Below are positions 12,150-27,429 of a stretch of 64,000 nt of DNA, in pieces. The position numbers were made by a program, and so were the translations under genes. The DNA comes from Octopus vulgaris (Eukaryota): the NCBI GenBank assembly GCA_951406725.2, contig OX597836.1, positions 24,180,001 to 24,244,000 on the forward strand, read 5' to 3'. The stretch's first letter is position 1, and every line of letters starts with the position of its first letter. The notes under the pieces were generated by a model. It saw nothing but the letters and a program-made list of their open reading frames with translations, did no database searches and had not been told where the DNA came from.

Positions 12150-13560
12150 CTAGCCTACGTGGCTCTGATTACAAACAGTCTTGGTGATGGCGTCAATCAC
12201 ATGGACAATAAGATTTGAATATTATAGAATTAAAGAGTTTGGTGCATCCAAATTTCGTAGCAACATATTGTCTGCTACTTGTAGCAGTAGCTTGCGAAGT
12301 GTACATGATCAGCTGAAGTGAACTGAGAAACTCTTTTGAGTATTTGGAAGCTTCGGTATCATCAGCAAACATTGTGTGGAGTGACATATATGTTGTCTGC
12401 CTTATGCAAATGACCATTGCTTAACTTAAGTAAAAGTTTTACAAACCGGGTTTCTGAGACACCCTATGAAGTATAATAATTATTTTGGTGGAAAAGATTA
12501 AATTTTCCTTACAATCCCCAAATACAGATTTCCTTTTGTGAAAGCTATCGACTTATCAGATGCACCCTTTGAAATGACTATTAGAGTGTGTCTGAAATTT
12601 TCAACGTGCAGGAATATGACTCCGCCCATGATATCAGTATTATTTCTACGGTCTTGTAAGGTGCAATCGAAAGCCTCAAATGTAAGTCTTGGAGACACTA
12701 AGCACTTATACCTTTATCTTATACCTTTACCAGTTTTACATTCAGAACTGTCAATATGTGCAAGGTCGTATGGCAGCTTAAAACCAGAGTGAGCAGTCCT
12801 GCAACTTGCGAGCAAATTTGAAGCAATTCCAGATGATTCACTGCAATAGCGATCTGCTTGAATGAACAATTTTTTGCCGAAATTAGGTTGATCACAAAAA
12901 CAAAAAGGTTGCGTGTTTGATCAGAAGTATAAAAGAACACTGAAGGAACATATTCCTCTCGAATCAGAAGTCACCAATTGTCTTCTTTTTTTTTTCGTTT
13001 TTGAAGGGGTTGGTTCTTATATAGTACCATGAATAATGAATACTGGAGGACACACCGCCCCAGTTGATGAGTATCATAGTTGGTTTGCCGGATGATTCTT
13101 CCAGCTTAGAGTTGCAGCTACAGCTAAAACTGTTAGCATCCACACTGTACAAATCACTGGTGACCATCGACTGTACAGAAATTTCAATGAGAATCAATGT
13201 GTCGTTATGCTTGGCATAAGTAACTCTTGTTGTAGGTTTTCTTTTCCTCTACTTGATAAAGTATATTTTCCGTCATGATTGCATTCGCGCCAAAGTTGTA
13301 TTGGAGGCTAAATTGACACAGAAAATATAAAAAATATTCTCATCTTGATGCAGCCTCTTCAAATGTACTATTCCAGTGTGCTTCGTCTTCAGCAAAGCAC
13401 CTTTTCTTGCAAGCTTTGTGATATGTTGCACAGACATATTAAACAACTGTTTAGGCGAGACGAAGTTATACTAGACTGTCGTGCAGTAGCTGTGTGAGAT
13501 TTTAAAATTCATACCTTCCTAAAGTAAGTACGTGGCTTCAGATATAGAGGTTACAAATAA
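12150..13560 (-). mobile_element. Helitron RepHel (PIF1-like helicase) pseudogene fragment
   Basis: CATYHKACKKRCFAEDEAHWNSTFEEA, MFFY...FVINLISAK (decayed Walker A region), IAIAV, and GGVIFLHVENFRHTLIVISKG (compare GGxxxxxxGDFRQILPV). Confidence 0.85.
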
Positions 13561-13711
13561 GACGAAAGATTATTTACCATACAAGTTTCTATATATCAAT
13601 ATCCAATGATGCGTTCATAAAATGTTCTCCCAGTATCTCTGACAATACCAGGAGACAGTTCTATGTTACTCAAACACAGTCTACAATGGAACGCTCTCGC
13701 TGTTAATACTG

Positions 13712-13908
13712 ATTTCAAATTTGGTCGCAAGGCCAGTATTTTCGGGGAAGAGTGTAACTCACTTACCTCGATCCCACTAATACTCCTTTTATCGAACCCG
13801 AAAGGCAGAGTCGGCCTCGGCAGAATTTGAACTCATAACGTAAAGACAGAGGAAATACCACTAAGCATTTTGCCCAGCGTCCTAATGAATCTGCCAGCTC
13901 ACCGCCTT
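13712..13908 (-). mobile_element. SINE family A, diverged copy with the alternative 3' tail
   Basis: ...CTCGGCAGAATTTGAACTC...CTGCCAGCTCACCGCCTT matches the family A head in reverse. Confidence 0.85.
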
Positions 13909-14502
13909 GTTCTTGCTATTGATATTCGTCATTTAAATAAACTTCAGGTTAATACATGCTTCCAAATACTATGTAACATAGGGAATAAATCATTATTGCA
14001 TTGTTTCACTTTAAATTTATTCATATTATCAAATTATTCTATTAATATTCTTTGAATTCTGAAATAATTTCAAAAATATTTTAAAAAACTTATTGATCTG
14101 ATATTCAGAGGATATGACCTAAATATTTCAGAAACAAATATAAACAAATAAATTCGAGACATTGTTTACAATTATTCATGGTATTTGAAACCGATTACTG
14201 CCTTTTCAGACATGATTTTTAAATGCAATATTTATTTACACAAGCTTTCCATTTACCCACCCACACAGAAACACAATATCTATATGTGTGTGTGTGTGTG
14301 AACGTACTTATGTATATATCATTGGAGAGAAAGGAGCAAAAACAATAAAAAGGAGAGAGAAACACACAGAGACAGATATTAAAGAGAGAGAGAGAAAGAG
14401 AGGGAGTAGAGAAAGAAAAGCAAAATTTGACATGACAAGCTTATCTTGTTGCTATACTCCCCACAAACGCGACTCCTCCACTAGTAATCCCTTACAACTT
14501 AC

Positions 14503-14641
14503 AGTCTCACAGTATCTCTTTACTTAACTCATCCCTGTTTTAGCACGAGGTGACATCGAATCATCCAGATTGTTTTGCTTTTGATCAAGAGCTATCCAGG
14601 ATTGCATTTGGATCTTTCAACGACATCTGTTGAAGACACGT
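14503..14641 (-). other. Candidate 139-nt non-coding (UTR or lncRNA) exon
   Basis: Minus strand: ttttccttttgtc...ccattcag|ACGTGTC...GAGACT|gtaagt. Unique, non-repetitive sequence with stops in all three frames. Confidence 0.5.
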
Positions 14642-15141
14642 CTGAATGGCAGTGTTATATTAAGACAAAAGGAAAAACATCGACGCTTATACATATACAT
14701 ATAAATGTATATGTATGTGTGCGACCGTGTGAGTATGTGTATGTATATACATATATATATATGTGTGTGTGTGTGTATACATACACACACTCACACGCTG
14801 TATGTATGCATGTATATTATATGCGTGTATACACATTTTCCATATGCAAAATATATAGAATATCATTGTATAGTTTTCTTTCCCTTAAATTAACTCATCA
14901 ATTTTTATCCTTCCTTGTCGCTCCATCTTCCTTTCTCTCTCTTTCTCTCGCTTCTCTCTCTCTCTCTCTCTATCTCTATCTCTCTCAATCTCTCTCTCTC
15001 TCTGTAAATTCGCTATGCATGCACGTGTGTGTGTGTGTGTATTATGTATATTATGTGCATTACATATACACGTTACACATATGTGATAGTGTGTGAACGG
15101 AAAATATAAATCTGGTTTGCACATACGTATTCAGATATACT

Positions 15142-15187
<46 letters not shown>

Positions 15188-15192
15188 CATAC

Positions 15193-15286
15193 TCAAGTGA
15201 ATAATAACAGACGATGGATAATTGTCAACTGATTACAGCGCTGTAATGAGCTGACAGTTATCCATCATCTGTTATTATTCACTTGA
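15193..15286. repeat. Loopless ~94-bp palindrome next to (TA)n
   Basis: TCAAGTGAATAATAACAG...CAGCGCTG...CTGTTATTATTCACTTGA. Confidence 0.92.
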
Positions 15287-17335
15287 TTATAATACACCAT
15301 AGGAACTAACAACATGTCGAACACCCTGGAGTATACCAACAGCGTACAATCAACGTAACGTTTACTCTGGACCAGCCCATAAGCGCTAAATACTCACAGG
15401 GTTGATTTTCTCTGTGTATACAAAACGGAATATCCTAATTGATATTTATGAACCATAGGTTTATCCAATCCTACCTGTTGCATATCTTACCAAGTACCCG
15501 ATTTTTTTTCAGAATCCTATTACATATATACATACATACATGTATATATATTTATATATATATGTGTGTGTGTGTGTACACACTATATAATATACCACAC
15601 ATGCACACACAGTTCCCTTTGCACTAGTATCTATACAGATACCCGCCTATATATGCACAAGCCATTTCGCCTGCTCTGTCGTTCTTAACTTCCTTTCTTG
15701 AATATCGTTCCCAATTAATCCCTAATTCCCTTTCTCAACCACCTCTTCTTTCATCTTTGCATTTTACCCACTAACTTTCTCATTTTTAAATTTCTTTCTC
15801 ATAAAGGGCTAACGTCCGAAATATGGAGACTCCCTTCTTTTTAGCATTAAATTAATATATTTGTTACAATTTTCCCTTGAATTAAAGATCTTCTGATTTT
15901 CGAGCTGGCAATGCCTTGGAAGAGAAGGTGTCTCTGCGCGCGAATCACAAGCATGTCAATGTAGTAGGCCTCCGGCAGAGGTGGCATGTTATTGCCTCTT
16001 GACTAGATTTTCTGTATCCCACATAGTTGCAATGAAACTTAGGAAATATAGCAAACTTTTCAAACAAAGTTAGGAAAGGCACTTTCTCTCTGTGATTCAC
16101 AAACTGTCATATTCAAGTTGAAACGTTTTCTTCTGCCCTCTCCGGCGCATATAAAAATGAGAAAAAGTTTGCTCAATTGTTTGTGGAAAGAGGACTTCAT
16201 CCGAGGGAGTAGAATTAATCCTCAGTGAATAGAGATATAAAACATTTTCTTGCGAGCTGGATTGGACAGAGTTGTAGCCAGCCTGGTCTGATGAGAGCAT
16301 GGAAGACCATCCAGGATGCGTGCTACAGTGAAAGGTCAAACCACTCAAACATTCCCTGGTTTCATCAAAGATGCTTGGTACTGAGGAAAGGAGCTTCTCT
16401 GACTCAAGATGCTGATGTTGTTGAGAACTCTAGTCCTATATGTATGTATGTAGTTGATCTAATCACAAACCCAAGGCATCCTACTTCTTCTGGAAGTATC
16501 GAACACGTGCATACACTTCCCAAAGTCCGTCATATTTCATCTGCCTCGTGTCCACATCCAATGCCGTTTGCTTGGTCAGTATTGTGCTTTTTACCGCGTT
16601 AATTTCCAGGCTGGTCACGGCTATCTAACAGTCTTATTCCACACTACATTTTATTCTTACTAACATTCTTGTCTGGATTGCACATATAATGGGGCCCGCC
16701 GAATCCTGTGGTATCATATGACAGTGCTCTTGATGTTAGAGATAGCAGGAGTTTTTGCGGTAATTCTATGCAGTCCAAACTTTGCAAAGCGTAACGGAAG
16801 CCACTCTAAGAACCTGCTAACACGCCTTTTTGTCATCTTTAATATTATTAATTGTATTTCATACACATAGAGAAAGAGTAACAATCTTGTCAAAACGCCA
16901 TGTGCGCGACATCAGAACTCGCTACTGACAGTTTTGCCAAGGCTCTTAGCTGACTATATTATATGAAATTCTGTCACCTAGGAAATATAGTCGCAGTCTA
17001 AATGCAAAACACCCTTCACAGGTGTTAAGAGAAAAAAAAAATAGCAAGCAAGGAAAACAATGCCTACATCATGAGGTAATCAAAATTTGGGGAAAAAATG
17101 AGACACTACCTATATGAAAAGACTTAGCTTCTGTAGCCAAGTTGTAAAAGCAATGGACATGCTTTGATTTTGTTAGCTCACTTCAAATATTACCTTGTGG
17201 TTGGCTTGGGAGAGATTCGTCAATATATTAAAAGAGAGTGATAGAGAGAGAGGGGAGAAGAAAGAAAGGGTGACAGCGAGAGAACGAGAGAGAAAGTACG
17301 TACAGTGGCTATTTAAATCACCACACACATATAGA

Positions 17336-17371
<36 letters not shown>

Positions 17372-17408
17372 GGAGATGTACTTGCATAGCAAGTGTGTTG
17401 AAACGAAC

Positions 17409-17571
17409 ACAATTGCAGCATGGAAGGTGTTTATAAGCCATTTAAGAAACACACAAAATCTCGTTAGATTCACTTCAACATTTAAATTTAATTACATTTA
17501 AATATTGAAGTGAATCTAACGGATTTTGTGTGTTTTAAATGGCTTATAAATACCTTCTACGCTGCAATTGT
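17409..17571. repeat. Fold-back palindrome between two (TA)n tracts
   Basis: ACAATTGCAGC...GATTCACTTCAA / TTGAAGTGAATC...GCTGCAATTGT. Confidence 0.92.
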
Positions 17572-17578
17572 TGTTGTT

Positions 17579-17930
<352 letters not shown>

Positions 17931-18244
17931 ATGTGTGTGTATATATGTATGTATGGATGGATGGAGGGATGTATGCGACAGGCCTTAACAGCCAAGAGTG
18001 GAAGACATTCGCAATGAGACACACTTCGAAGGGTTTGAGAAGCGTAGTTAATTGTCACCACAGAGTAATTTCTGCGAATATATATAAGTAGTTGAATGAA
18101 TTATCCTAGTATGGATAATTCGGTTAACCGATACCCGGGTAGCATATTCACGTCAAACACTGTTGAAGCTACGTGCTTTCGTGTGGGAATTTGTGTGTTT
18201 TTTTTTACTATAAATAAATGAAAGAATGGAGTCGAACGACGTGT

Positions 18245-18275
<31 letters not shown>

Positions 18276-18771
18276 TGAGTGTATAAGTACAAACGCACAC
18301 ATTTATCTATGTATGTATTTATTTATTTGTGTGTAAATTGTGTGTGTATATTTTTGAGTATTATTTATTGTCTACAAGTAGATATGATACCCATATCAGA
18401 CTAATGATCAACATGTTTGTTGAAATTGCCTGCCCCGATGATAGTGTCGTTGCTATTTAGCATCAAGGTGCTCTGCAAAGCTCCTTCGGAAAGTGGGTCC
18501 TTCTCTTCAAGAGTCAATTCAGAGTGTGAAATATATATGCCTCCCCTCCTATTTTATAGTATTGAATAGTCACACTTATTTAATATCACATTGTATAATA
18601 TATTCATATGTTAAAGCTAAATATACTATATATTAAATAACTACATATTATAGTAAATTTACTGTAAATTATGTATAAATAAATTATATTCTTATTATAA
18701 CTATAATTGAACATACGTGTAATTATTTGTATATGCGTATGTGTGTGTATGTATGTATGTATGTATGTATG

Positions 18772-18815
<44 letters not shown>

Positions 18816-18893
18816 CATATATACAGCTGTGTGTTTTTGTATATATAAACGTAATCTAATAATCTAATGATGCTTTCAACAGGAATGTGTCTC

Positions 18894-18945
<52 letters not shown>

Positions 18946-18948
<3 letters not shown>

Positions 18949-19118
18949 AAATGGGACAAGAAAGCAAAACATCCAAATACACGATACCAAAAACACGCGC
19001 CGGTCATTCGAAGCCTTTAATCTTCAGTCAAGAACCGGATCATCCATGCAATTTCGGCTGATTAATCATGAGATTGCTCCAATCTGGCCAGCCCCAAGGA
19101 AAAACTAAGCTAAGAGCA
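18946..19118 (-). mobile_element. Short repeat inserted in (TA)n, probably a PLE terminal fragment
   Basis: Flanked by (TA)n on both sides. Diverged homolog at 23876-23990 (shared AAAACATCCA..ACGATAC..GGTCATTCG..TCAGTC). Confidence 0.55.
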
Positions 19119-19179
19119 TATATATATATATGAATACTTTCAGAAATATTAGGTAGGTAAATAGATAGACAGACAGACA

Positions 19180-19351
<172 letters not shown>

Positions 19352-19574
19352 TTTATATGACACACACGAATAGAGATATACGAGACAGAGATAGATGTGC
19401 ATGAATAGGTATATTTTTATGACATGTGTGTGTGTGTTTATTTATATACTTCAAAATAGACCATATATTTCCATGTATATACATATCTATATCAATATCT
19501 TTACAGCTATCTAGATACACATACACGTACACACACACACATACACACCAAGTAAGATATATACGTTCATAATA

Positions 19575-19806
19575 AGGCGGCGAGCTGGCAGAAACGTTAG
19601 CACGCTGGGCGAAATGCGTAGCCGTATTTCGCCTGCCGTTACGTTCTGAGTTCAAATTCCGCCGAGGTCGACTTTGCCTTTCATCCTTTCGGGGTCGATA
19701 AATTAAGAATCAGTTACGCACTGGGGTCGATGTAATCGACTTAATCCCTTTGTCTGTCCGTGTTTGTCCCCTCTGTGTTTAACCCCTTCTGGGTAGTAAA
19801 GAAATA
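19575..19806 (+). mobile_element. SINE family A, full length, with TSD
   Basis: Matches 1784-2016. ATATATACGTTCATA occurs on both sides. Confidence 0.92.
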
Positions 19807-20182
19807 TATATACGTTCATATAATGTGTGCCCGCGCTTAGGAGAGTTGCATACGTCCGTGCGTGCGCGTGTGTGTTGTTTGTGTGTATGCCTCCATACGT
19901 GCAAAATTCATCCATTGCCTGTAGCTTCATGTTAGCCAATTCTTTAGACTGATTTTGGGTAGAATGAGCCTACGGGAAATTTTCACATTAAGTACCCATG
20001 GTATACTGGGCACCTTACAAATCACTTCAGGATTTTGCAATTGTGTTGATCGAAGAGTTATCCCAACAGTGACAGAGATCCACTCCCCAAAACCATTACC
20101 ATATGTGTGTGTGTGCGTGTGCGTGTGTGTGTGTGTCTGTGTGTGATTGTGTATGTGTATGTATATATACGTATATATGCAG

Positions 20183-20252
<70 letters not shown>

Positions 20253-20262
20253 GCATATATAC

Positions 20263-20335
<73 letters not shown>

Positions 20336-20559
20336 TGTGTGTGTATATATTGAGAAAATAAGTGTCAGAATTTTGTGAAAAAATCTTTTTATTTCTTTAT
20401 CATTAATAGCGATTTCGTTTGTTACTCGAAATAAAATTTTGTGAATGTACAAGCAAGTATATATATATGTGTAACATTGGGATGTTCTATATATATATAT
20501 ATATATATATAATTTTATTTTATTTATTTATTTATCATATTCAATTTGTAAATATTATA

Positions 20560-21068
20560 CTAACGTGTACAGTTGTGGAAATTAGATGCCCAGCGGATGT
20601 TAACATAAAACTGAAGATCAGTGAAAAAGAGAACATCTATGCTGAACTATTGAGAAATCTGCAGTTACTCTATCCAGATTACAAGTTCAGGTTAATATCT
20701 GTAATTATTGGGGGCCCTGGGATATGTAACACACTGCCTAAATACCAATCTTGAGAAAGTTAGCTTCTCAAAATCAAAAAGGAGAAAGCTAATTCGACAA
20801 CTACAGATCTAATCCATCACTGGAACAGTAAAAATCTATAAACTTTCCAGTTTATCATTTAAATATACAGGAGCATGTCTAGATATGTAACTATATGCAT
20901 GAGAAAACATACATTAAACATACAAATATGCACATACATACATGCATACATACAAACAAAAACACTCTGTTGTTGATGTTGAAATTCCAATGAAGGAGCC
21001 TTGAATCTAGGTTAGAATCTGGTGCTTTCTCTATAGGCAAGAAATCTTGAAATAAACCGAATAATGAC
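20560..21068 (+). mobile_element. R4/Dong-like LINE 3' end (RLE domain + 3' UTR) running into (CATA)n
   Basis: CTVVEIRCPADVNIKLKISEKENIYAELLRNLQLLYPDYKFRLISVIIG fits the RLE C-terminal pattern. The 3' UTR ends ...AATAATGA|CATACATA. Confidence 0.85.
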
Positions 21069-21177
21069 ATACATACATGCATGCCTACATACATACATAC
21101 ATACATACATACATACATACATACATACATACATACATACATAAATACATACATACATACATACATACATACATACA

Positions 21178-21210
<33 letters not shown>

Positions 21211-21791
21211 TCACCCTATATCTTTGACAAGATTTCTTCGTAGAAACACTGCAGCGCCCGTCCATGCAAACACTCGTCAACATTCCAGTATTGATGTCCA
21301 AGGGGAAGATAACCAATATATGTTGCCAGCCGTGCCACTGCTGGTATCTCGTTCAGAGACGACGAACCGCTACAGATGCAGAACGTTCTTATATTATCCT
21401 GTTTGGAGTCTTTCTTTATCATCCCATCGCAGAAGTGACGAAACCCAAGTTTGACATCGATTGATTCTGAACTTAGAGGGAGCGCCGAGAACCGGAAGAA
21501 ATACAGCGACACATTATAAGCATATGTATATATATTCAAGCTTGTGTGTGTATGTGTGCGTGTTTGTGTGTGTGTGTGTGTGTACAGGTATATATATATA
21601 TGTGTGTATATATGTTTACTACACGTTTTTTAATTGTATATATATATATACAAGCATGTATACATACATAATACATACACACATACATACATACATACAT
21701 ACATACATACATACATACATACATACATACATACGTACGTACGTACATACATACATACATATATACATACATACATACATACATTCATACA

Positions 21792-21822
<31 letters not shown>

Positions 21823-22517
21823 GTACATACATACTCCTGATCATGATCGTTCTCTCGTGACCAATCAAGACCATCACTGACCATTAAACACCAATGCCTA
21901 TCCAAAATGTCAGCAATTCCTGTGCAAAATTTTAGGTCCAATCAATCTTGCACGATACTTCACAGATCCTCGCCAAACTATTTACTCCATCCAGAGACAA
22001 GCCAAAGCAAGAAAACCAGTGTCGATATGGGCCGCTAGGAGCGCCATGATCTCTGCGTATCCGGTTGTGTGTAAGAGTGGCCTCCTAGAGAGATGCTTTA
22101 ACAAGAACTGAGGGGCGCCCCATTCCAGTGTTCATCCACAACGACGGACACCAACCCGAAATTCCTGAGTGCCTGTGCTTTCAACCTACACTAGATTCAT
22201 CTGTCCTTTCGACAACTTTTGTTCTTAAATATGCTGAGTTTCTAGCAGCCCTCTTCAGCAAACTAGCCTAGTTTTAATTGCCCATGACCCGACCATGCAA
22301 CAGGTTGCACTAGGTTCTATGTTATCAGTAGCACTCATGAGACACCTCACAAGTGAATTGACTCCATATATATATTGAGACATACATACATACATACATA
22401 CATACATAAATACATACATAAATACATATATACATATACACACAACACACACGCACACACGCATAGAAACAAACACACACATATATATGTATCTCTCTTT
22501 CTCCCTCTCTCTCTATC

Positions 22518-22539
<22 letters not shown>

Positions 22540-22550
<11 letters not shown>

Positions 22551-22760
22551 TTGTGTGTCTGTGTTTGTACCCCTAGCATTGCTTGACAACCGATGCTGGT
22601 GTGTTTACGTCCCCGTCACTTAGCGGTTCGGCAAAAGAGATCGATAGAATAAGTACTGGGCTTACAAAGAATAAGTCCCGGGGTCGATTTGCTCGACTAA
22701 AGGCGATGCTCCAGCATGGCCGCAGTCAAATGACTGAAACAAGTAAAAGAGTAAAAGAGA
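22540..22760 (+). mobile_element. SINE family B, 3' half
   Basis: GCTTGACAACCGATGCTGGTGTGTTTACG...AATGACTGAAACAAGTAAAAGAG is shared with the 24112 and 24940 copies. Confidence 0.85.
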
Positions 22761-23299
22761 TATATATTTCGAGTCTCTTACAATTTAGTGTTGGTAATTG
22801 AGAATCAATGGTTATACTTAAAGATTTGTGTGGTTGATATTAGTAAGCCATACTCAGTTTTTATTTATTAATGAGAAGATAATCTCCTTTATCTACAGAC
22901 AATTACAGACACATACACCTACATTTATACATCAGCGTTGGATTAAGCACCACAGAAATAGTAAATCGCTTGCATCACAAAAGAGTCAGTTTCAAACTCC
23001 GAGAAAACATACTTGAAATTGTTCATATCGTCAGAAATAAAATTTTGAATTGTTTATAGTATCCATAGTAAGAATCTCATCAAAGGCTTTACAAGTAAAA
23101 AAAAAAAAAAAAAAAAAAAAAAGCCACGTTGAGAAAAGTTTTCAAATATAAATAAAGTGGAAGTATGCAAAAATGAAACAGTATTTTCCATTATTCTGTA
23201 AGTTTTAAAGATTATTATTGTTTATAGCTTCAGTTACATACATATGGGGCACAAAAATCTACTAAATGCTTTGACCCTCAATACGCCTTAATCCGACCC

Positions 23300-24111
<812 letters not shown>

Positions 24112-24423
24112 GTAGGAGTTGCTGTGTGGTAATTAGTTTGCTCCCCAACCACATGATTCCGGATTCAGTTCAACTCCGTGCCAGCTTGGGCAAGTGTCTC
24201 CTAGTATATCTTCCGGCTTTGAGAGTGGATTTGGTTGACGGAAACTGAAAGAAGCTAGGTGTATATATATATATATATATATTAAATAACTTAGTGCTTC
24301 GGTAAAGCAGACCGATAGACTAAGTACTAGGCTTAAGAAGAATAAGTCCTGGTGTCGATTTCTTCGGCTAAAGGCGGTGCTCCAGAATGGCAGCAGTCAA
24401 ATGACTGAAACAAATAAAAGAAT
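24112..24423 (+). mobile_element. SINE family B (tRNA head + CORE-like TTGGGCAAGTGTC), internally deleted
   Basis: GCTGTGTGGTAA...CCACATGATTCCGGATTCAG...CTTGGGCAAGTGTC...GGAAACTGAAAGAAGC-(TA)n-...AATGACTGAAAC. Confidence 0.85.
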
Positions 24424-24429
24424 ATATAT

Positions 24430-24686
24430 TTATTTCTCCTTTTATCCTTCTATTCTTTTACTTGTTCCAGTCATTGGACAGCAGTCATCCTGCAGTATTG
24501 CTTTGAAAGGCTTTTGTCGGAAAACCGATCCCTGACCATTTTCTTTTAAGACTAGTACTTATTTTATCGGTTAATTTTACCGAACTACAAAGTTATGGGG
24601 ACGTGGACACACCAACAGCAGCTGTAAAGCACTGGTGGGGTGGATGAACACAGACACACATAGCTGTACACACACACACACACACA

Positions 24687-24736
<50 letters not shown>

Positions 24737-24830
24737 TATATACAGCTAGTTTTCCAAATCCACTTACAAGATTTTGCTCGGCACCAGGTCACAGTTGAAG
24801 ACACTTGCCCAAGGTTCTACGAAGCCGCAT
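24430..24830 (-). mobile_element. SINE family B, diverged reverse copy
   Basis: GAAGACACTTGCCCAAGG, internal (CA)n, and CTTTTACTTGTTCCAGTCATT tail. Confidence 0.75.
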
Positions 24831-24846
24831 ACATTTACTTACACAA

Positions 24847-24911
<65 letters not shown>

Positions 24912-24939
24912 TACACATACACAAATAGACATACATATA

Positions 24940-25381
24940 CAGGCGTGGTTGTTTGGTAAGAAACTTGCTCCTTAATCACATGGTTCCGGGTTCAGTCACA
25001 CAGCATGTTACCTTCCGCAAGTGTCTTCCGCTATAGCTTCGGGCCGACCAAACCCTTGTGAGTGAATTTGGTAGGCAAAAACTTAAAGAAGCCCGGCGTA
25101 TATATATATATATATTTATGTGTGTGTGTGGGGGAGAGAGAGAGAGAGACCGTGTGTGTGTGTGTGTGTGCGTATGTGTTGCCTCCCCACTATAGTTTGA
25201 CAACAGATGCTGGTGTGTTTACGGCTCTGTAGCTTAGCGGTTCAGCAAAACAGACCGATAGGATGAATACTAGGCTTACAAAGAATAAGTCCTGGAGTCG
25301 AGTTCTTCGACTAAATGCACTGCTTCAGCATGGCCACGTTCAAATTAGCAAAACAGGTAAAATGATAAAAGAATAAAGAAT
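24940..25381 (+). mobile_element. SINE family B, full length with internal microsatellite
   Basis: CAGGCGTGGTTGTTTGGTAAG...CATGGTTCCGGGTTCAGTC...GGGCCGACCAAA...(TA)/(TG)n...CAGCATGGCC. Confidence 0.87.
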
Positions 25382-25399
25382 ACAAATATATATACACAC

Positions 25400-25845
25400 A
25401 GACACACACACGCATATATATATATAAAAAGATATATACATAGACACATATATATACATATATAAATAAATATACATGAATAAACTTATATGTATACACA
25501 CACATAAATTGTATATATATATATATACACATGTATATATGTGTGTGTGTGTGTGTGCATATGTACATATGTACACACCCGTATATATATTTATAATAAT
25601 TGTATATACATATATACAGACACGTATATATACGTACATATATATATATGCATATATAAATATATACACATGTATGCATATATCAATATATGTATATAGA
25701 TACATATATGCATATATAAATACATATATATATATATACATATATATATACATATATATATACATATATATATACATACATATATATACATATATAGGCA
25801 TATATATACATAGGTATATACATATATTTGTATATATACATATAC

Positions 25846-25882
<37 letters not shown>

Positions 25883-25949
25883 CATATATATGCATACATA
25901 TATACATACATGTATATTTATATATGCATACATATATATACATGTATAC

Positions 25950-26003
<54 letters not shown>

Positions 26004-26535
26004 TTTCATATATACATACATATGTGAATGTACATATACATACATATGTGAATGTACATATACATACATATTTATATATATATATATATACATATATATA
26101 CATGGCTGTAGCTTTCGGGCTGAAATATTTTAAGGATTTTTTAAGGATATACGCATATATATACATATATACACATATATATACATACATATACATATAT
26201 ATAAACTTATATATGTACTTATATATATGTATATATATATATATACTTACATATATATATACATATATATATACATATACATATATATACATATATATAC
26301 ATATACATATATATACATCTATATATATATACACCTATATATATATGTATATATATATATATATATACATATATATATGCATATATATAGACATATACAT
26401 GTAAATATATATATATATACATATATGCATATACACATATATACATATATTCATGTATATATGCTTATATATGTAAATGCATATATATATATGTTTATAT
26501 ATGCATATATACATATATACATATATATATATATT

Positions 26536-26574
<39 letters not shown>

Positions 26575-26600
26575 CTGTGTCTGTGTGTATAGATATATGT
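25400..26600. repeat. Degenerate (TA)n/(CATA)n low-complexity field
   Basis: Seen directly. Confidence 0.95.
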
Positions 26601-26826
26601 GCATCAATCCTAAAAAGATAGTCTTTGAGAACTGTATTTACAAGAGTGAAGTTGATTCGTCCGACAGATATGGATTGGATTTGCTGACAATGTATTATGT
26701 AGAAAGGTGTTAGGACTACACTGGTGCATTATGTTGAGAGTGAAGACATCACTAACAAGGGATTAGGAAAAAAGGTATAGTCTAGCCATGAGCCTTCGAT
26801 AATATGGTGTTGCTCACAGTGTGGTA

Positions 26827-27429
26827 GTTATAACGGTGTGTTTGAAGTAAGAGGAAAGGTTTTTGAAAATTAATGGTGTTATAATCAGTTTATCTAGTAA
26901 ATAATAATGATGTGCTAACACTGAATTGGAAGTGATTTACAGTGGTGTTAACAAGAGATTAGATTTCGAAGTATGATAATCCTAAATGCTGGTTATGCAA
27001 TAGTTTATATGGTGGTGTTAGTTTCGAATTTATGGCTGCAAAGTTTCGATAATATAGAGAGGTGTTTATTGCTAACAGGAGATTAGACACGGAGTTGTGA
27101 TGGTGCTAGAACTGGATTAAGTAGAGGTGGTTATAACGGTGTGTTTGAAGTAATAGAAAAGGTTTTTGAAAATTAATGGTGTTACAATCAGTTTATCTAG
27201 TAAATAATAATGATGTGCTAACACTGAATTAGAAGTGATTTACTGTGGTGTTAACAAGAGATTAGATTTCGAAGTATGATAATCCTAAATGGTGGTTATG
27301 CAATAGTTTATATGGTGGTGTTAGGTTCGGATTTATGGCTGCAAAGTTTCGATAATATAGAGAGGTGTTTATTGCTAATAGGAGATTAGACACGGAGTTG
27401 TGATGGTGCTAGAACTGGATTAAGTAGAG
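26827..27429. repeat. 303-bp tandem duplication built from a degenerate ~30-35-bp subunit
   Basis: GTTATAACGGTGTGTTTGAAG at 26827 and 27130. A subunit like TGGTG(C/T)TAACAnGnGATTAGA recurs across ~26740-27460. Confidence 0.9.

Noticed and set aside
15900-16830. Possible LINE remnant / ORF 16225-16602
   Set aside because: GC content is raised, but no diagnostic motif could be read confidently.
21216-21539. Natural-looking minus-strand ORF (DVKLGFRHFCDG...) as a host exon
   Set aside because: Its 5' part aligns by eye to a degenerate family A SINE head and core, and I recognise no protein family.
21835-22370. Possible RTE-like LINE 3' end on the minus strand
   Set aside because: Only vague similarity, with no clear motif.
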